In this document: positions 51,144 to 64,000 of the stretch, piece after piece
Position numbering within the stretch: position 1 is the stretch's first letter
Layout of the letters: the number at the start of each line of letters is the position of its first letter
Assembly (NCBI RefSeq): GCF_963506605.1
Contig: NC_083276.1
Coordinates: 100,874,001-100,938,000, forward strand
Reading direction: 5' to 3'
From: Zootoca vivipara
Lineage: Eukaryota
DNA length: 64,000 nucleotides
The notes under the pieces: model-generated
What the model saw: only the letters and a program-made list of their open reading frames with translations
Database searches by the model: none
Told to the model about the DNA's origin: nothing
Translations under genes and position numbers: made by a program

Positions 51144-51930
51144 TTGCGTGTTTAGACCTTTAAAACTCCCCCCTTAAATAAATTCAGACAAGACTCAAAT
51201 TTTGATTTGGTTTTTGGCAGAATTTAGGCAACAACTTTATTGATTACATCAGGCGAGTGGTTGCCTAGGTTCTGGTTCGACTAGCTCTCTGCACCATTGC
51301 AGGTAGCACTGACCCAGAGCACCAGCATAGGTCAGCCTAGGGTGAATACCTGGAATGGCAGAAAGCTGGGGACAGGCTATATCCACCACACAGATGTCCC
51401 CCTGGACTCAGGCACGGGCACAACCCCCTCACAGGGTTGACCAAACCATAGAGTCCCTGGATTCCTTTAACGGAATACCCTTCACATAGGGATGGCGAGA
51501 GCACTCCCCCATCCCTATCACCTGAACCAGAGCCTATCTGCAACCTTACAAGTTGTGACGATTTGCTACGTGGCAGGCGAAACCCAAGTGACACCAGCCA
51601 ATCAGCCAAGTGGGGAAAATTCCTGCCATGCTCCTGTCCCAAAGACAGATGACACACGACGGCATAGCAAGGTCAAGCGCGCAAGCCCTAAAAGTAGGGA
51701 GAGGTGGGCGGGTGTTCCGATGCACTTGCCAAAAGAGGAAGCTCTGAGTCATGTGCATGAGCATATATAGGTCCATTGATCGGTTTGGCTAGCATCCCAT
51801 TGGTCTGATTAAACCCAGCATCAAGGGACCTACCAATTGGATGTTGTGGCTATCCAATCGTACCCACCCACAACACAGGGTTTGGTTGCCAGGTCGCACT
51901 GCAACATGCACCCTCTTTGAGGGAGGACAC
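51144..51930 (-). mobile_element. LTR-like terminal repeat, possibly Ngaro/DIRS type; copy B
   Basis: Minus strand: CCAAT boxes, TATATA, shared structured core, AATAAAGTTGTTGCC, ends CACGCAA; homologous to 43626-44386. Confidence 0.6.
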
Positions 51931-52484
51931 GATATATCACTGCTTTGACACTCGGGTGGCCCACAGGGGTTTCAAGTGGATGTCACCAGTCCAACATGGA
52001 AAGATGGTTCTCTGCATTCCCAACTACATTGACCAGTCAGACCTTGAGCATGACCAAAAAGTTTACCCATGTAGTATGCTTTCTCTTTTTGGCACTTTCT
52101 AATAAAGAAGAGAAAATCTGACTATTTTGTGGACCATGACACATGATGGATAGGTTTCATTTGGCTTGGTGGTTCCCAAGTTGTGCAAACAGAGATAAGG
52201 AGTGTGCAGTCATCTTGGAGATGTGTGTGTTGCTCAGTATCAGTCATGGGAGAAATATCAGTGATGAAAGAAACATTTCCCTAAAAGACAGCTTGTTTAT
52301 CTCTGCCAATGATCTTCCTGTAAAATGTATCATTTCAAGTGTGGGATGGGCTCCAGGTTGCATTTTTCAGCTGTGGGCAATGGGAAGGTACCATCGGTCT
52401 ACCCAGACTCTGCTGAATGTGTTTACAGTCCCCTTGAAAGTGCCCCAGAATCCTTTATAACATGGCAGGGTTCTGCCACACACT

Positions 52485-52735
52485 GAAAGCCAGTGTGGTG
52501 TAGTGGTTAAGAGCGGTAGACTCGTAATCTGGGGAACCGGGTTCACGTCTCTGCTCCTCCACATGCAGCTGCTGGGTGACCTTGGGCTAGTCACACTTCT
52601 TTGAAGTCTCTAAGCCCCATTCACCTCACAGAGTGTTTGTTGTGGGGGAGGAAGGGAAAGGAGAATGTTAGCTGCTTTGAGACTCCTCCGGGTAGTGATA
52701 AAGCGGGATATCAAATCCAAACTCCTCTTCTTCTT
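52485..52735 (+). mobile_element. Squam3-type tRNA/CORE SINE (lacertid variant)
   Basis: A box GTGGTGTAGTGG, B-box-like GGGTTCACGTCT, CORE-like GGGTGACCTTGGGCTAGTCAC, L2-type 3' end, (CTT)n tail. Confidence 0.85.
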
Positions 52736-53029
52736 AAATATAAGCCTAACCAGGCGCCTACATTTCTCTCCGTACGACCGTGTATATTTATTTGCTTGCT
52801 TTTCAAAGCCGTACTCAAGGGGGCTTATGACTAAAGTAAAACACAAATGTCATAAAAACATAATAGGCAGCAATTACAGCATGCATAAAGGTATAGCATG
52901 CTCGCATTGTAAATACGGTACGATACAGCATTACAGCTCTCGGAAGGCCATTGCAAAGCAGGGAGAATTGGTCAGGGCGGAATATCCATACAATGAGTTT
53001 TTTTTTAGCCTGCCTTGCTGCCTGAAAGA

Positions 53030-53530
53030 TACAGGTAATCTAAGCAGGGACTGTAAGACACGCTTCACCTCACATGTGTGAGGCGGGCCAAAGTGCTGTT
53101 TGTTTGCATACTCTCATTTGTTGAAGGCAGATGCCGACAAGAAGCCGGCAAGTAAAGCAGGAAAAGCCAGTTATGCTGCCTCTAGATAGTATCACCACTC
53201 TTGTAATTTTTCCCCTCTCCAGAAGAAAAAGAGGCCAGTGTGTGTGTGTGTGCGTGCGCAAAGCTATTTTACCTAAGTGGGCTGCACACCTACAATTATC
53301 TCACCGAAACAGGAAAGTAAACTGTGTGGCAAGGAAACAGAGGCCATTCAAGTGGCAGGTAATAGAGCAGATCTAATTAGCGTTAAGTACCTGTAATCCT
53401 AGGAGATTTACTTTGTGATAAAAGCGAGAGAAAGTCCCTTAGGTATGAGTAATATGTCCCTTGCCAGGTTGGCTGTGTCAGGTGTACTGTGTCAGCTCCA
53501 GTGAATACAGCCTATTGATCCAGGAGGGCT
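53030..53530. promoter_or_regulatory. Candidate conserved non-coding element
   Basis: TE-free; CTAATTAG, CAATTA, GTAAAC, repeated CTGTGTCAG, E-box CACATGTG. Confidence 0.4.
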
Positions 53531-53638
53531 GGCATTCTCTGCCACAAATTGAATTTAAATTGCTTACACAAGAAAGACATCTGGCATACTAAGGTTTACC
53601 TACTTCATATTCAAAATAATTTCCCCAACCAACAAATA

Positions 53639-54260
53639 CCGTCTTTCCCCTTTTTTAAGACACCGTCTTATAACTTTTTTTCCTCAAAAAAACACAGGGT
53701 GGCTTACTTTCGGTGGGATGTCTTATTTTTTTTTTTTACCGGTACAGTTTTTACAGCTCAGGGCGCTGGCTCAGGGCGCTGCTCGGTTCTCTTGAGTGCT
53801 CGGCGCTGCAGCAGCCACTGGTTCCGGGTGGCGGGGCAGCAGGCATCCTAGGCCGGGCCAGGCAGAGGCCGCTGGCTCAGGCGCTCCGCCTGCCGCTGCA
53901 GGGCGCTCCAAGCTCCTTGGCCAGGCCAGGCAAGGAAGAAGCAGTGAGCCCAGCGGTGGCGACAAGCACAGAAGCGGCAGGGCGGCGATGGACGAGAAGG
54001 CGGAGCGCGGGGATGCAGCCAGCAAGGCGGGAGCGCGATCAGCTGTTAAGCGGAGCTCTTGGAGCGCCACTTCAGAGCTGATCGCGCTCCTGCAGTGCCA
54101 GCTGCATGGAGTGAATCTGTGAGTGGAAGTGCCTGTGGGGGTTGGTTTCCGCGGAGCGGAAGTATGGCTTATTTTGGGGGTATGTCTTATATTTCTCAAA
54201 TGCTTAAAAACCCTGCCATGGCTTACTTTCTGACTACGTATTAAAAAAGGGGAAACAGGG
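53639..54260. mobile_element. Tc1/mariner (Tc2/pogo-like) non-autonomous element with GC/CpG-rich core
   Basis: TIRs CCGTCTTTCCCCTTTTTTAAGAC / GTATTAAAAAAGGGGAAACAGGG; TA TSDs; subterminal GGCTTAC/GTCTTA repeats. Confidence 0.85.
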
Positions 54261-54870
54261 TAGCTTAGCTAAGCCACTTCCCAATCCTGTATATTTATTT
54301 GGAAGATAAATCTAGGCTTCCTCCTGCCCATTTTTTTTTTAAAGTTCTGTTACAGACAGATTTCTGTGACCAAATTATACTACTTATACCACAGTAGGTA
54401 ATAAAATGATAGGACATCTGAGCAGATACATCAGCACCTTTGCCTTTGATTTGATTAGTAAAGCAATATAATAATAATACACTAACATTCCATTTCCCTT
54501 TCACAAAAGACTGAGCTAAATAATTGCCTTTTGTTTTTCATTGCAGGGTTATTAAATCAGCATATATTCTTTTGGCACAGCAGCAGCTTTATTACTTTGA
54601 GGCAGAAGATGCTTTAATTAGAAAAGTTACTGTTGGAATAAAAGGTGCCTTCAGTCACACATCACAAAATCAGAGGAAGTTAGTAGCTCTCTCTTTCTGT
54701 AGATATACGGTGCTCCAAATTGTTTCTCTGGTGTCTCAAAGACGTTTAGTCAAGATAGAGCAGAAAGCAGCTGTTGAATTGTCTATATTTTTCAAGTGTG
54801 GCCATTGCTTAATTTTCTGCTTTTAAAAAAGGTCTCCGGGCTGAGTGGGAGCCATGCCTCTCAGACCTAG

Positions 54871-55218
54871 GTAAAGGGTAAAGGGACCCCTGACCATTAG
54901 GTCCAGTCGTGACTGACTCTGGGGTTGCGCGCTCATCTCGCATTATTGGCCGAGGGAGCCGGCGTATAGCTTCCAGGTCATGTGGCCAGCATGACAAAGC
55001 CGCTTCTGGCAAACCAGAGCAGCACATGGAAACGCCGTTTACCTTCCCGCTGTAGCGGTTCCTATTTATCTACTTGCATTTTGATGTGCTTTCGAACTGT
55101 TAGGTTGGCAGGAGCTGAGACCAAGCAACGGGAGCTCACCCCAACACAGGGATTCGAACCGCCAACCTTCTGATCAGCAAGCCCTAGGCTCAGTGGTTTA
55201 ACCACAGCACCACCTGGG
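54871..55218 (-). mobile_element. Sauria SINE (subfamily B)
   Basis: Complete body; 11-bp TSD CTCAGACCTAG (54860-54870, 55219-55229). Confidence 0.97.
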
Positions 55219-55803
55219 CTCAGACCTAGATAACCTCCTAAATTCAGAACTGTCACTGCTTCAGCCTCATGTTTTGCAACACCCAACAACTCCAGTCAGC
55301 ACTGCTATAGTAGTCATTGATGAGGATAAGTCACTTATCATAGGTTCAGAGCCCCACTTATCTTTACTAGTTACATTTTCCATATCTGAGTCCCTAGTCT
55401 TCAAACGTATGGATCAGAAGTAAAAAAAACAAACTCTTATTTGGCCACGCATAACATCACAGGTTCAGGTCAGTGCTTGCAAGTTCCCAAAAAAACACCA
55501 AGTGCTATCTCAGTATTGTCAGGACAAGGTTCTTTTGGACTTTCATTCATAAATTTGAGCAAATGCATAGATCTGATGACAAGACCAATTTCTTGTTTGG
55601 TCACATACTACATTTCCCGTATTCCCGAAATGTTTCCCTCAGAGTTTTGTTGCAACTTCATCTCATTCACACAGAAAAGCTGGGGAGGGGCTGGAAGAAT
55701 CTCGTTCTATCTAGTCCACATCAATTTTGCCTGCATTCATTCACAAATCCATTTTGCGCCATTTCTGCAAATAATCTGTAATGTGAATGTGTGTTTATGT
55801 GAG

Positions 55804-55845
<42 letters not shown>

Positions 55846-55969
55846 CATTTATAATGACATTTATTTTTAAATGCATATTAAATACATGTACTTTTCAACC
55901 AATTACATATTGGAATATGTATTTTCTCTCAGCGTATGTGTTTTTAAACATAGTTTCCCCTATAATAGG

Positions 55970-56417
55970 TATAAGGGGAAGGGCTTATAGAGAACAGCCC
56001 CCCCCCCCCTCATCAGAAGCAGCCCATCTCCAAGCAGTCATGAAAGTGAAGGGACGGATGAGGAAAGTCAGGAGACGGAAAGGGAGTGCCAGACCTCTGG
56101 CAACATCCAGGAGCCCCTGCTCCACAGGCAGGAAGAGAGAGAGAGGGGAAAAGAGAGGAGAGGACACAGGCAGAATATAGACCCTTCCTCCCGACTCCGG
56201 AATTGAGGAGGAGGAGAAAGGGGAGGAGATTCGCTGTCCCGAGGCTTTTATGCTGGTCCAGATCGCGGAAGGGGGCAGTGCCGGATTCTGATTCGGAATG
56301 AGAAGACATGAAACCGACAGCTCACTACACTGTAAATAATGTGCACTAATAAAGACTTTTGAAAGACAAGTATGTGGAAGGTCGTTACTCAGGAGTAGCA
56401 GCAATAATCCCTGACAG
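55970..56417 (+). mobile_element. Solo LTR (same family as 48928-49292)
   Basis: Ends CCCTGACA; TTTATG/AATAAA signals; homology with the other copy; 5' boundary approximate, TSD not seen. Confidence 0.7.
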
Positions 56418-58342
56418 CATGCATATGCATATTGGTCAAAAACCATATCACAAAAATTCAGAAAAGCCTGACATGTGAAGGATTGTTAGGTTCCTGCCTC
56501 TGCATTAGTCCAGAATGTGCAAATTAGGTCAGTATGCTAAAAAAAAAAAGGGTACCAAACAAATTTCTTCTGTACCTCTAAATCAGCCACCTGGACCTTT
56601 GAATGCCATGAGCAAAAGGTCTTTTCCTCTCCTCCTTATGCATATCCCCTGTTTAGGAGCAGATTTGGGCATGGCACAGGGCAGAAGGGGGAATGCCCTA
56701 CTATGCAAGCATTCTGCTTGCGGATTTATTTAGTTGAATACTGCCCAAGGTTCCAAACTGGACTTTATTGCTGTTCATGTCTATTCTTAAGTGGTACAAA
56801 GTGGAAATCGCCTGTTTGTATCAGAGAACACGCAAACAGGCACAAAGCCCTCTGAATTGCATGAAATCAGTGTGACTAGTCTGTGGATAGCTCTGTAATT
56901 TTATAAATTAAGAGAGTGCAACTTTCACAGCCCTGAGTGTAGGTTTCGTAACCTTAGAAGCAGATGTCATGGCATCCGTACATAGCAGAATTAGGTCCTG
57001 GAGTGGTCAAGTCAGCTGTACCACCTGCAACTATGTCACCTCTAGTTTCTCCTGCCTTGAGTTCTGCTGTGTGTGTAGAGCAAGCCTAAATGAATGTGCC
57101 CCCAAAATCCAATGAAGAATTCAATTTTCGCCATGTCGAAAATTCCCCAGTGAAATCACCTCCGTCCCCTCTCTCAACAAAATAGATATTTTCATTTTAA
57201 TAGGGACTATTGCCCAGTAATTGATGATGATCTTGTGACTGCGCCCAATATTCATCTGCAACTTCAGAGTGGCATTTTAAATTGCTTTTGAAGGCCCTAA
57301 ACTGCTATTTGGACAATGTCCGCTTCTCAAGAAAGCAAGATACAGACTAGACAGCTGCTTTTTTTCTCACTCATTTCACTCTCTTATTGGTTAACTTAGT
57401 GGAAAAAATGTAAATTTTCCAGGGACTTTAGGTTGGAGGTATCTCAGCCAAGGTGGATGTATGCTTGACTTGAGGCCTAATTTAACTCCCATGTAGTATT
57501 GATTGACTCGGACCACCAGGGACACTTACAATCTTCCTTTGCTAAAGGTAGACAATAGTATGAAAGTGAAGTGTAATAAATGCCTCTGCTCAGTCCCATG
57601 TCGATCTACAGCTGCTGCTTTCACCTCCTTTTTTTCCTTGCCATTTTGAGTGCATCAGTATTTCACGTTTATTGTAGTGTGATGAAACACCTTTCAAAAT
57701 GGCCGGAGGGACCCTCAGCAGTAAGTGCTTAAGCAATACACATTGGAGTGAACGGGAAGACATTTGAGGTCAAGGAACTTGAAACAGAAGCTGAATCAGC
57801 TGAAAGCAGAGGTGCGGTATCTTCTGCAAAGTAAATATAGATTACAATCCTGAAGTCACATCGATCTGCTGTGGGATGATAGGTCTTTTGGCAAGAGGCA
57901 GAGCCTAAGGAAATGAAATATCTTACACTGATCTAGGTTCTAAGTGTCACAGACAGGTTTCGTTTAATTTAAAAAGTCCAGCTATAACTCAGCTCACTGA
58001 GTGCCTGAATGGGGAAGAAACATCTTTAGAAATACACCTGGAGCCCTCTTCTTCACAGTGGAATCGGAGTTATTTGGACACTTTACAAATAAAAACAAAA
58101 CTGAAATTTGGTACTGTTGTAATGTGTGGTGTCCTGATAACTGGAAGTCTGAAATCATCACTATACTATGCTTCTTATTCAGAACACAAAATCCTTCTTC
58201 TGGTGTCACAACTAGGATAAACATAGGGGGGCAGTGGGGATGAGTGCCCCTCCATCAATACTCCCACTATCTTCCAACTCACGGAAGGTCTAAGTCTGAC
58301 ACAGGGAACCGGCTACATTCATAGGGTCTCCTCATGAATGCT

Positions 58343-58869
58343 CAGGGGCATACCCAGGATCAAANNNNNNNNNNNNNNNNNNNNNNNNNNNNNNNNNNNN
58401 NNNNNNNNNNNNNNNNNNNNNNNNNNNNNNNNNNNNNNNNNNNNNNNNNNNNNNNNNNNNNNNNNNNNNNNNNNNNNNNNNNNNNNNNNNNNNNNNNNNN
58501 NNNNNNNNNNNNNNNNNNNNNNNNNNNNNNNNNNNNNNNNNNNNNNNNNNNNNNNNNNNNNNNNNNNNNCTCCCGTCCGCCCCCCCCCAGCTCAGTCCGC
58601 TCCTCCCCCCTCCCATGTTCCTGTCGCTGGCTGCAGCCGCGGAGGGGGCGAAAACAGCCCGATTTCAGGCTGCTTCTTGCCATCCCCCGTTCCTGTCGCT
58701 GGCTGCAGCTGTGGAGGGGGCGGAAACAGCCCGATTTCCATAACCCACAGTGACTTTTCCCCTTCAGTTTTCGGAGGGGGGAAGTGCAGATTATGGTCTG
58801 TAAAATATTTTTTTTTTTGCTTCTGGGAGGGGCAGCTGCCCCCCCCGCCCCTCACTGAGGACGCCCATG
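58343..58869. mobile_element. hAT MITE spanning a gap, with ~72-bp internal tandem repeat
   Basis: Ends CAGGGGCATACCCAG / CTGAGGACGCCCATG; 8-bp TSD TGAATGCT (58335-58342) / TGAACGCT (58870-58877); GTTCCTGTCGCTGGCTGCAGC repeated. Confidence 0.85.
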
Positions 58870-61800
58870 TGAACGCTAGAACTCCAGTGATGAGAACAGC
58901 ACCATAGAGGAACAGAGATAGCAGGCTTTTCTCCACTGCCTCACTCCTTATGTGTTTGACTTAATTCTAATGCCTGAAGAGGGCTAAAACTTACTTCCTA
59001 ATAGGAAGAAGTATTCTTTCTTTTTAAAATCAATTTTTATTTAAAGTTTTCATCATAAAATACAATGACAATCATAGTTGTTCTCTGATCCAATATGACC
59101 AATTTCTCCCCAAGGTTCCAACAAATCCCAACAATGTGGTAGCCCATAATTATTTATTATATCTTCATTAATTCATACCCAATTCCATATATCCTAGTCC
59201 CATTTCCTGTTGACAATGATTGCGTATCCTTGTTTAAAGATGGGGGGGAGTCATTTCCCCATTCTTTTCCCAAGCTGATCACCAAGATCTTGAAGGCTTT
59301 TTCTTCTGTGTTCACTTCAACTTGTACTCAAGGGCCTCTGTCTCTTAGCTTTGCCTCTGCCATCTCCAGCTGTTTCCTAATGTTTCTGTTCATAAGTCCA
59401 TTCATTTCCCCCCAGAGTAACAACAGTATAAATAGGAAGCAACATTCTTGCAGATAGCAAGTTAAATCACACCTCTGATCAGATGTAGAGAGATGGAATG
59501 TCCATTTTCTCAGATACACTTGTCCCAGCAATACTTGACTTGAGACAGGGAACATTTTCAAGAACTGTTGAGAACATCCCATACATGTTACAAACTAAGG
59601 TGCATGAATGCTGGCTTTGTCTACCTTTAATAATTGTTATATTAGGGAGGACATGAAGTTCAGGGGCACCCAAGGAAGTGCCTATGCTTGCAGAATGCAA
59701 TCTGTATTTGTGAAACCAGCCCTAAACCATAGGAAACTTTTAAAGCAAAGCAATTCTAGACCTGCATCTATTCTATGGCATGTGTTGATAGATATATAAA
59801 CTAGAAGTAATGCATTTTTCTACTAGCCCAAGGGCAGACTGCAATGTGCCCAAATAGGCATTTCTTTCTGGAAATGCCTGGTCACATTTCCAAAACTTTT
59901 AGTTGCTCTCCTGCATCAGTCACTAGAATAGAAACTGCCAGTAGAGGGGGGAAACCCATAATTGAACATATAAATATTAAATCATGTGATGTGATGTTGC
60001 TTGATAGTTACAGAGACAGAGAGTTTATGTTCTCAAAACTTGTTACTCAAAATATAGCAGAAAATTGTGGAGACTTTTGTAGTTAAAGAAATAATATGAC
60101 ACCTTTCAGTGACCTTGTGAGAGTCGTGCTTTCTTTTTCTGCCTTATGGGATTCTCGCCCATGGAAGACTAGATCATGCACGTAGTTTATTTTTTTAATA
60201 GGCTTTTGCAGACACATCACAATCCCCAATACTGTGTTAAATCCAGTCAGTTCCAACCTGGGTTTCCCACAAATGAGAAGCACAACTCAGATCATTTCTT
60301 TTGTACATTGTCACCAAGATCTATCTGGTCCAGTTTTCCATACTATTGGATATCAATTAGTAAATGGGTTTACAACATTCAACCCCCCCTCTAAAAATCT
60401 CTTTAAAATGTGCAAAAAGTCGACAATAAATATGAGATGTATCAGTAGCAGCATTTACAAATAAAGGGCCATATTCAACTAAGCAGTTGCATTATTGGGA
60501 ACCAGTGCAATGAGTCCAACTAATGCAATAGGGCTTTCTACCTCTGACATTGCACCCCACACAACCCCCAAAATCAGCTCTGGGAGGTTCAGAGTACCCC
60601 AAGAACAGTGGGCAGGGGTGGGTGGTGGTGGGAGAGGTGAGATTGTTCCACCTGGCAAGGAAAAATCCTTGCGTTGATGGGACAGTCATAATAGCATAGC
60701 ATTTGATTCCTCCCAAAGACTGTGAAAAAGTAGTGGGCACCAAGTAAGTGGGCATAGCTCAAAAAAATAGACTATAATCCTAAACAAGTGGGAACTGCAA
60801 CAGACTGTGGAGTGGGCTTCTTCACTGTTTTCGTCAGGCATGCCTGTTTCCAGGATATTCCCTTCCAGTCTGGTTTTCTATCTCCCTCCCTGCTGCAATG
60901 GTGCTTGGAATTGAAGCCATGTGAAGTCAGCACCCATAACAAACTACAGTTCCAAGGATTGACTGTTAAAATGGTGCAATAGTCCTATAAATGTATTATG
61001 TGGAGATGAATTTTGTATTGATTTGGCTGTCGAAATTTGTCCACCTCTTACATTTTTCACCCCTCCTAATTCTTTTTTGCACTTCTGAAAACTTTGGGCT
61101 TCCCCCCCAACCTGCTGAAACCCCACTCTTGTGTATGGGTGGTGGCATTTTGTTTACTTAAGCTATAGCGTTCAACATTGGAAATAGGCTGGTGGGGGGA
61201 TGTTACTCTTATGGAATCATGTGAAGCCAAAGGAAAGGACATTGCTCATTCTATGCACAATTCAGCAAAGTGAAGGATTGAAGCCCTCACTGAATTAAGT
61301 GGTAAGGACTTAGAGATTCCCCAATAAATCAATGGAACCTAAAAAAGTTCTCTCTTGTGGCAGGATTGTGCCTGTAACATAGACATTCTTCCACAGGGTA
61401 ACCAACAGGTCTGGTTAAGATGACTTGTATATATTAGGAACAACCTGTTTAAAATGCTTGTCTCTATCGACTCCTTTCTGAAATTTAGAATTATGTGTCT
61501 TGCATTGCCTAAAGAGAACATCAAAAGGATCCACTCTTGTTTCTCTCTTAACAGCAATGGTATGGTTTTATGCCCTCTGCGCTTTTGCAGGTTTTATATT
61601 GTTATCATGGAAAAATATGTCTTGTAATATCCCGGGGGAGTATCCAATAAAGTGTTTCAGTGTGAAAGGGCACCACATGGGTTTTCTTGGGCAGCTTTCC
61701 CTTTGATAAGTTCTTTCCATTGCGACCACTCTGCTCTGCTGCTTCACTGATTTCCCAGCTGTTCGACTGTCTTAAGTCAAATGTGACAAATCAGAAGCAG

Positions 61801-62477
61801 TGCAGCGAATTTCCGCAAGTTTAGGGGGTGAGGAGAAGCGATATCATGGATTCCACATAAGACAAAAACAACCACAACACCCAACCAGGAAAGGACATAA
61901 TTGCTCGAAAGACTATGGGGCATATATATGTGTGTAAGAGCATCCATTTTGATTTGCTAGATACCACTGTCTTAAAATAGATATATTTAAAATGATGGGG
62001 ATGCTGCTTGAACAATCCATGAGCGCGAATAGTTGAGACATAAGTAGTCAGTGGCTAATGTATTCATAGGTCTTCCTTCCTCCCTCCCTCCCTCCCTCCC
62101 CTCCCCTCCCCTCCCCTATCCTATGTGTGATATTTAAAAAAAAACCTATGTGGTTGCAGCAGTTCATAAATGCATCTTTCCCCTGATTCCTGTGTCTGCG
62201 TCTCCAGTCTGGCTACCTGAGCGGTAAAAAGCCACATGAACTGTGCACAAGAATGGAAGTCCTGGGTGTCTGAGCTTTGCTTTGTTTAGGTATAGATTTG
62301 GAAACTTGAGTTATTCTCCTTAATTTAGACAGACATAAGCACAAAGTAGTCTAACCAAATTGAAGGCCATTAAGAAGGAAGTTAGCCATCACCAGTTACA
62401 GCTGGCATAAGTGATGCACAAAGAACCATGCCAAGTTTAAAATATGGCTGCACTGAATATTTTCTCCCTTTGATTTT

Positions 62478-62553
62478 GGGGAACCCAGCCAGATGGGCGG
62501 GGTATAAATAAATTACTACTACTACTACTACTACTGTTATTATTATTATTATT
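62478..62553 (+). mobile_element. L2 LINE 3' tail with (TAC)n/(TAT)n microsatellite
   Basis: GGGGAACCCAGCCAGATGGGCGGGGTATAAATAAATTA...; typical lizard L2 terminus. Confidence 0.75.
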
Positions 62554-64000
62554 TGGAGTCTAAAGTAGTGATTCAATGGGCATGGGGGAGTAGAATATTT
62601 GGGATAAAGTTGAGGCCATCACATGTTTAATTTTTTGGTATACGTGTGGTGACATTTCCCCTTTCCTGGGGAAATATCATTTTCAGGCAAAAGATTATTC
62701 ATTGAAATACTGGTCCCTATAATCCTAAAATCTGATAAACCCTATTTAGTTACTTTTATGTTCATTTTCTATATAGGATGCCGCTGACTCAATTGCTCCA
62801 TGCAATATAGGATCAGGATCAGGCCCTGTGTAGTGCTTGGAACAAAGCAGGAAATTACTGTTTGATTTTAAATCACATTTTTCATATATGTAATCTCACC
62901 AAACAGTGTGAACTCATTAGGAGTGTAGAACTGCTGAATTTTATGCTTCTAAGGGTATTTTATTAAATCTGTACTCTAATTTCATGAACACTAATTTATA
63001 CTTGTACTTAGAGCATAATTCTGTAACACTGGTATAAGAAATCTCATATATTTGAGGAAGCCTACACAAATTTATATATTTAATGAAAAAGTGACAGATC
63101 ATGCAGTAAACATCTTCCTTCATCCATGGATTTGGCATACAGTATGAATTCATGCCTCCTATCTCACGCAGAGTATGTACAATTCCTTGCAGATAAGTAG
63201 GACTCTAATTCAAAAATATTGAAGTACTGTGGGAAGATGAGATTTTTTAAAAGTTATGATCCTGTAGAGCAAGAGTAGGCAGAAGGTACACTGGGTGCAA
63301 GCAGTAAGATCTCTGGATATTTACAGCAATCAACAAATATTTATTTGTTTAACCTTAGCAACCAGTTTTCAAAAGCTCCATGGCCTTCCCTAAATTAAGC
63401 TACTGAAATGAAGAACGTTGCAGGCTCAGTCACCAGGAGTGGATTTTTGTCAAAAAGGACTATCAGAGCAGTTCTCTTAATGAAACAAATTAGTAAATCC
63501 TACGCTCAGAAGCACTCTGTTCCTTAAAGTCAATGGCCCCATTGAACCACTATTTTGTACCGAGCTCAGGGGGCTAGGGATATCAGAAGCTGCCTTATTC
63601 TGAGTCAGTCCATTTAGTTCAGTATTGCCTGCACAGACTGGCAGCAAATTTCAAGGGCTTCAGAGAGGGAGCCTTTCTCAACCATCGCTATAAAAGGGCC
63701 TTATTACAGTCCCCATTCACTCCTGCTGTTCTGGGACTACCTATGTAACTGATACCACCCATGCCATTATCCCACTGGCTCCTAGAGGAAGTATGGAGTA
63801 GGCCAAAAACCAGTGATTCAAAGCAGTCAGGCACACTGGTAAAAGCAAACCAAACCAAAACCTACCTGTGATCAAAGTGATCAAGTTTATCTATACTGTC
63901 ACTATTAGGGCAGGCAGGCAGGGACTGTGAGTAAAGAAACTAAAGAAGTGTCAGTGTGCATTTATATAGAACATTTGGCCTTACCCCTTCTGGCCAATCT

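Noticed and set aside
52485-52560. tRNA gene
   Set aside because: tRNA-derived SINE head with a degenerate B box, continuing into the SINE body; the same applies to the other SINE heads
53549-54244. Overlapping Ala/Arg/Gly-rich ORFs
   Set aside because: By-product of the GC-rich MITE core, which is poor in stop codons in all frames
58332-58936. ORFs spanning N-gaps (also at the other gaps)
   Set aside because: Length inflated by X codons
59020-59450. Possible old L1 3' end on the minus strand
   Set aside because: Resemblance too weak to call without an alignment

Overview
Eukaryotic, non-coding, repeat-rich genomic DNA from a squamate reptile, most likely a lacertid lizard. This is inferred from the TE complement: Sauria SINEs with (ACCTTT)n tails, a Squam3-type SINE with a (CTT)n tail, Bov-B and a young CR1 family. 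I found no host protein-coding exon that I can support. The only recognisable protein sequences are fragments of CR1 ORF2, Bov-B ORF and an RTE-X-like zinc knuckle. The window looks like a large intron or gene desert: TE-free, motif-dense blocks (candidate conserved non-coding elements) interspersed with LINE fragments, six Sauria SINEs of two subfamilies, Tc1/mariner, hAT and Harbinger MITEs, solo LTRs, microsatellites and seven N-gaps. The most notable items are: (i) a Penelope-type fold-back insertion (perfect 83-bp arms, 13-bp TSD) centred on a triplicated palindrome with a minimal hammerhead-ribozyme core; (ii) two diverged LTR-like elements that share a structured RNA motif with pairing-preserving substitutions; (iii) an ancient LF-SINE next to a CNE-like block; (iv) several nested insertions. 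Family names come from my recall of consensus sequences, not from database searches.
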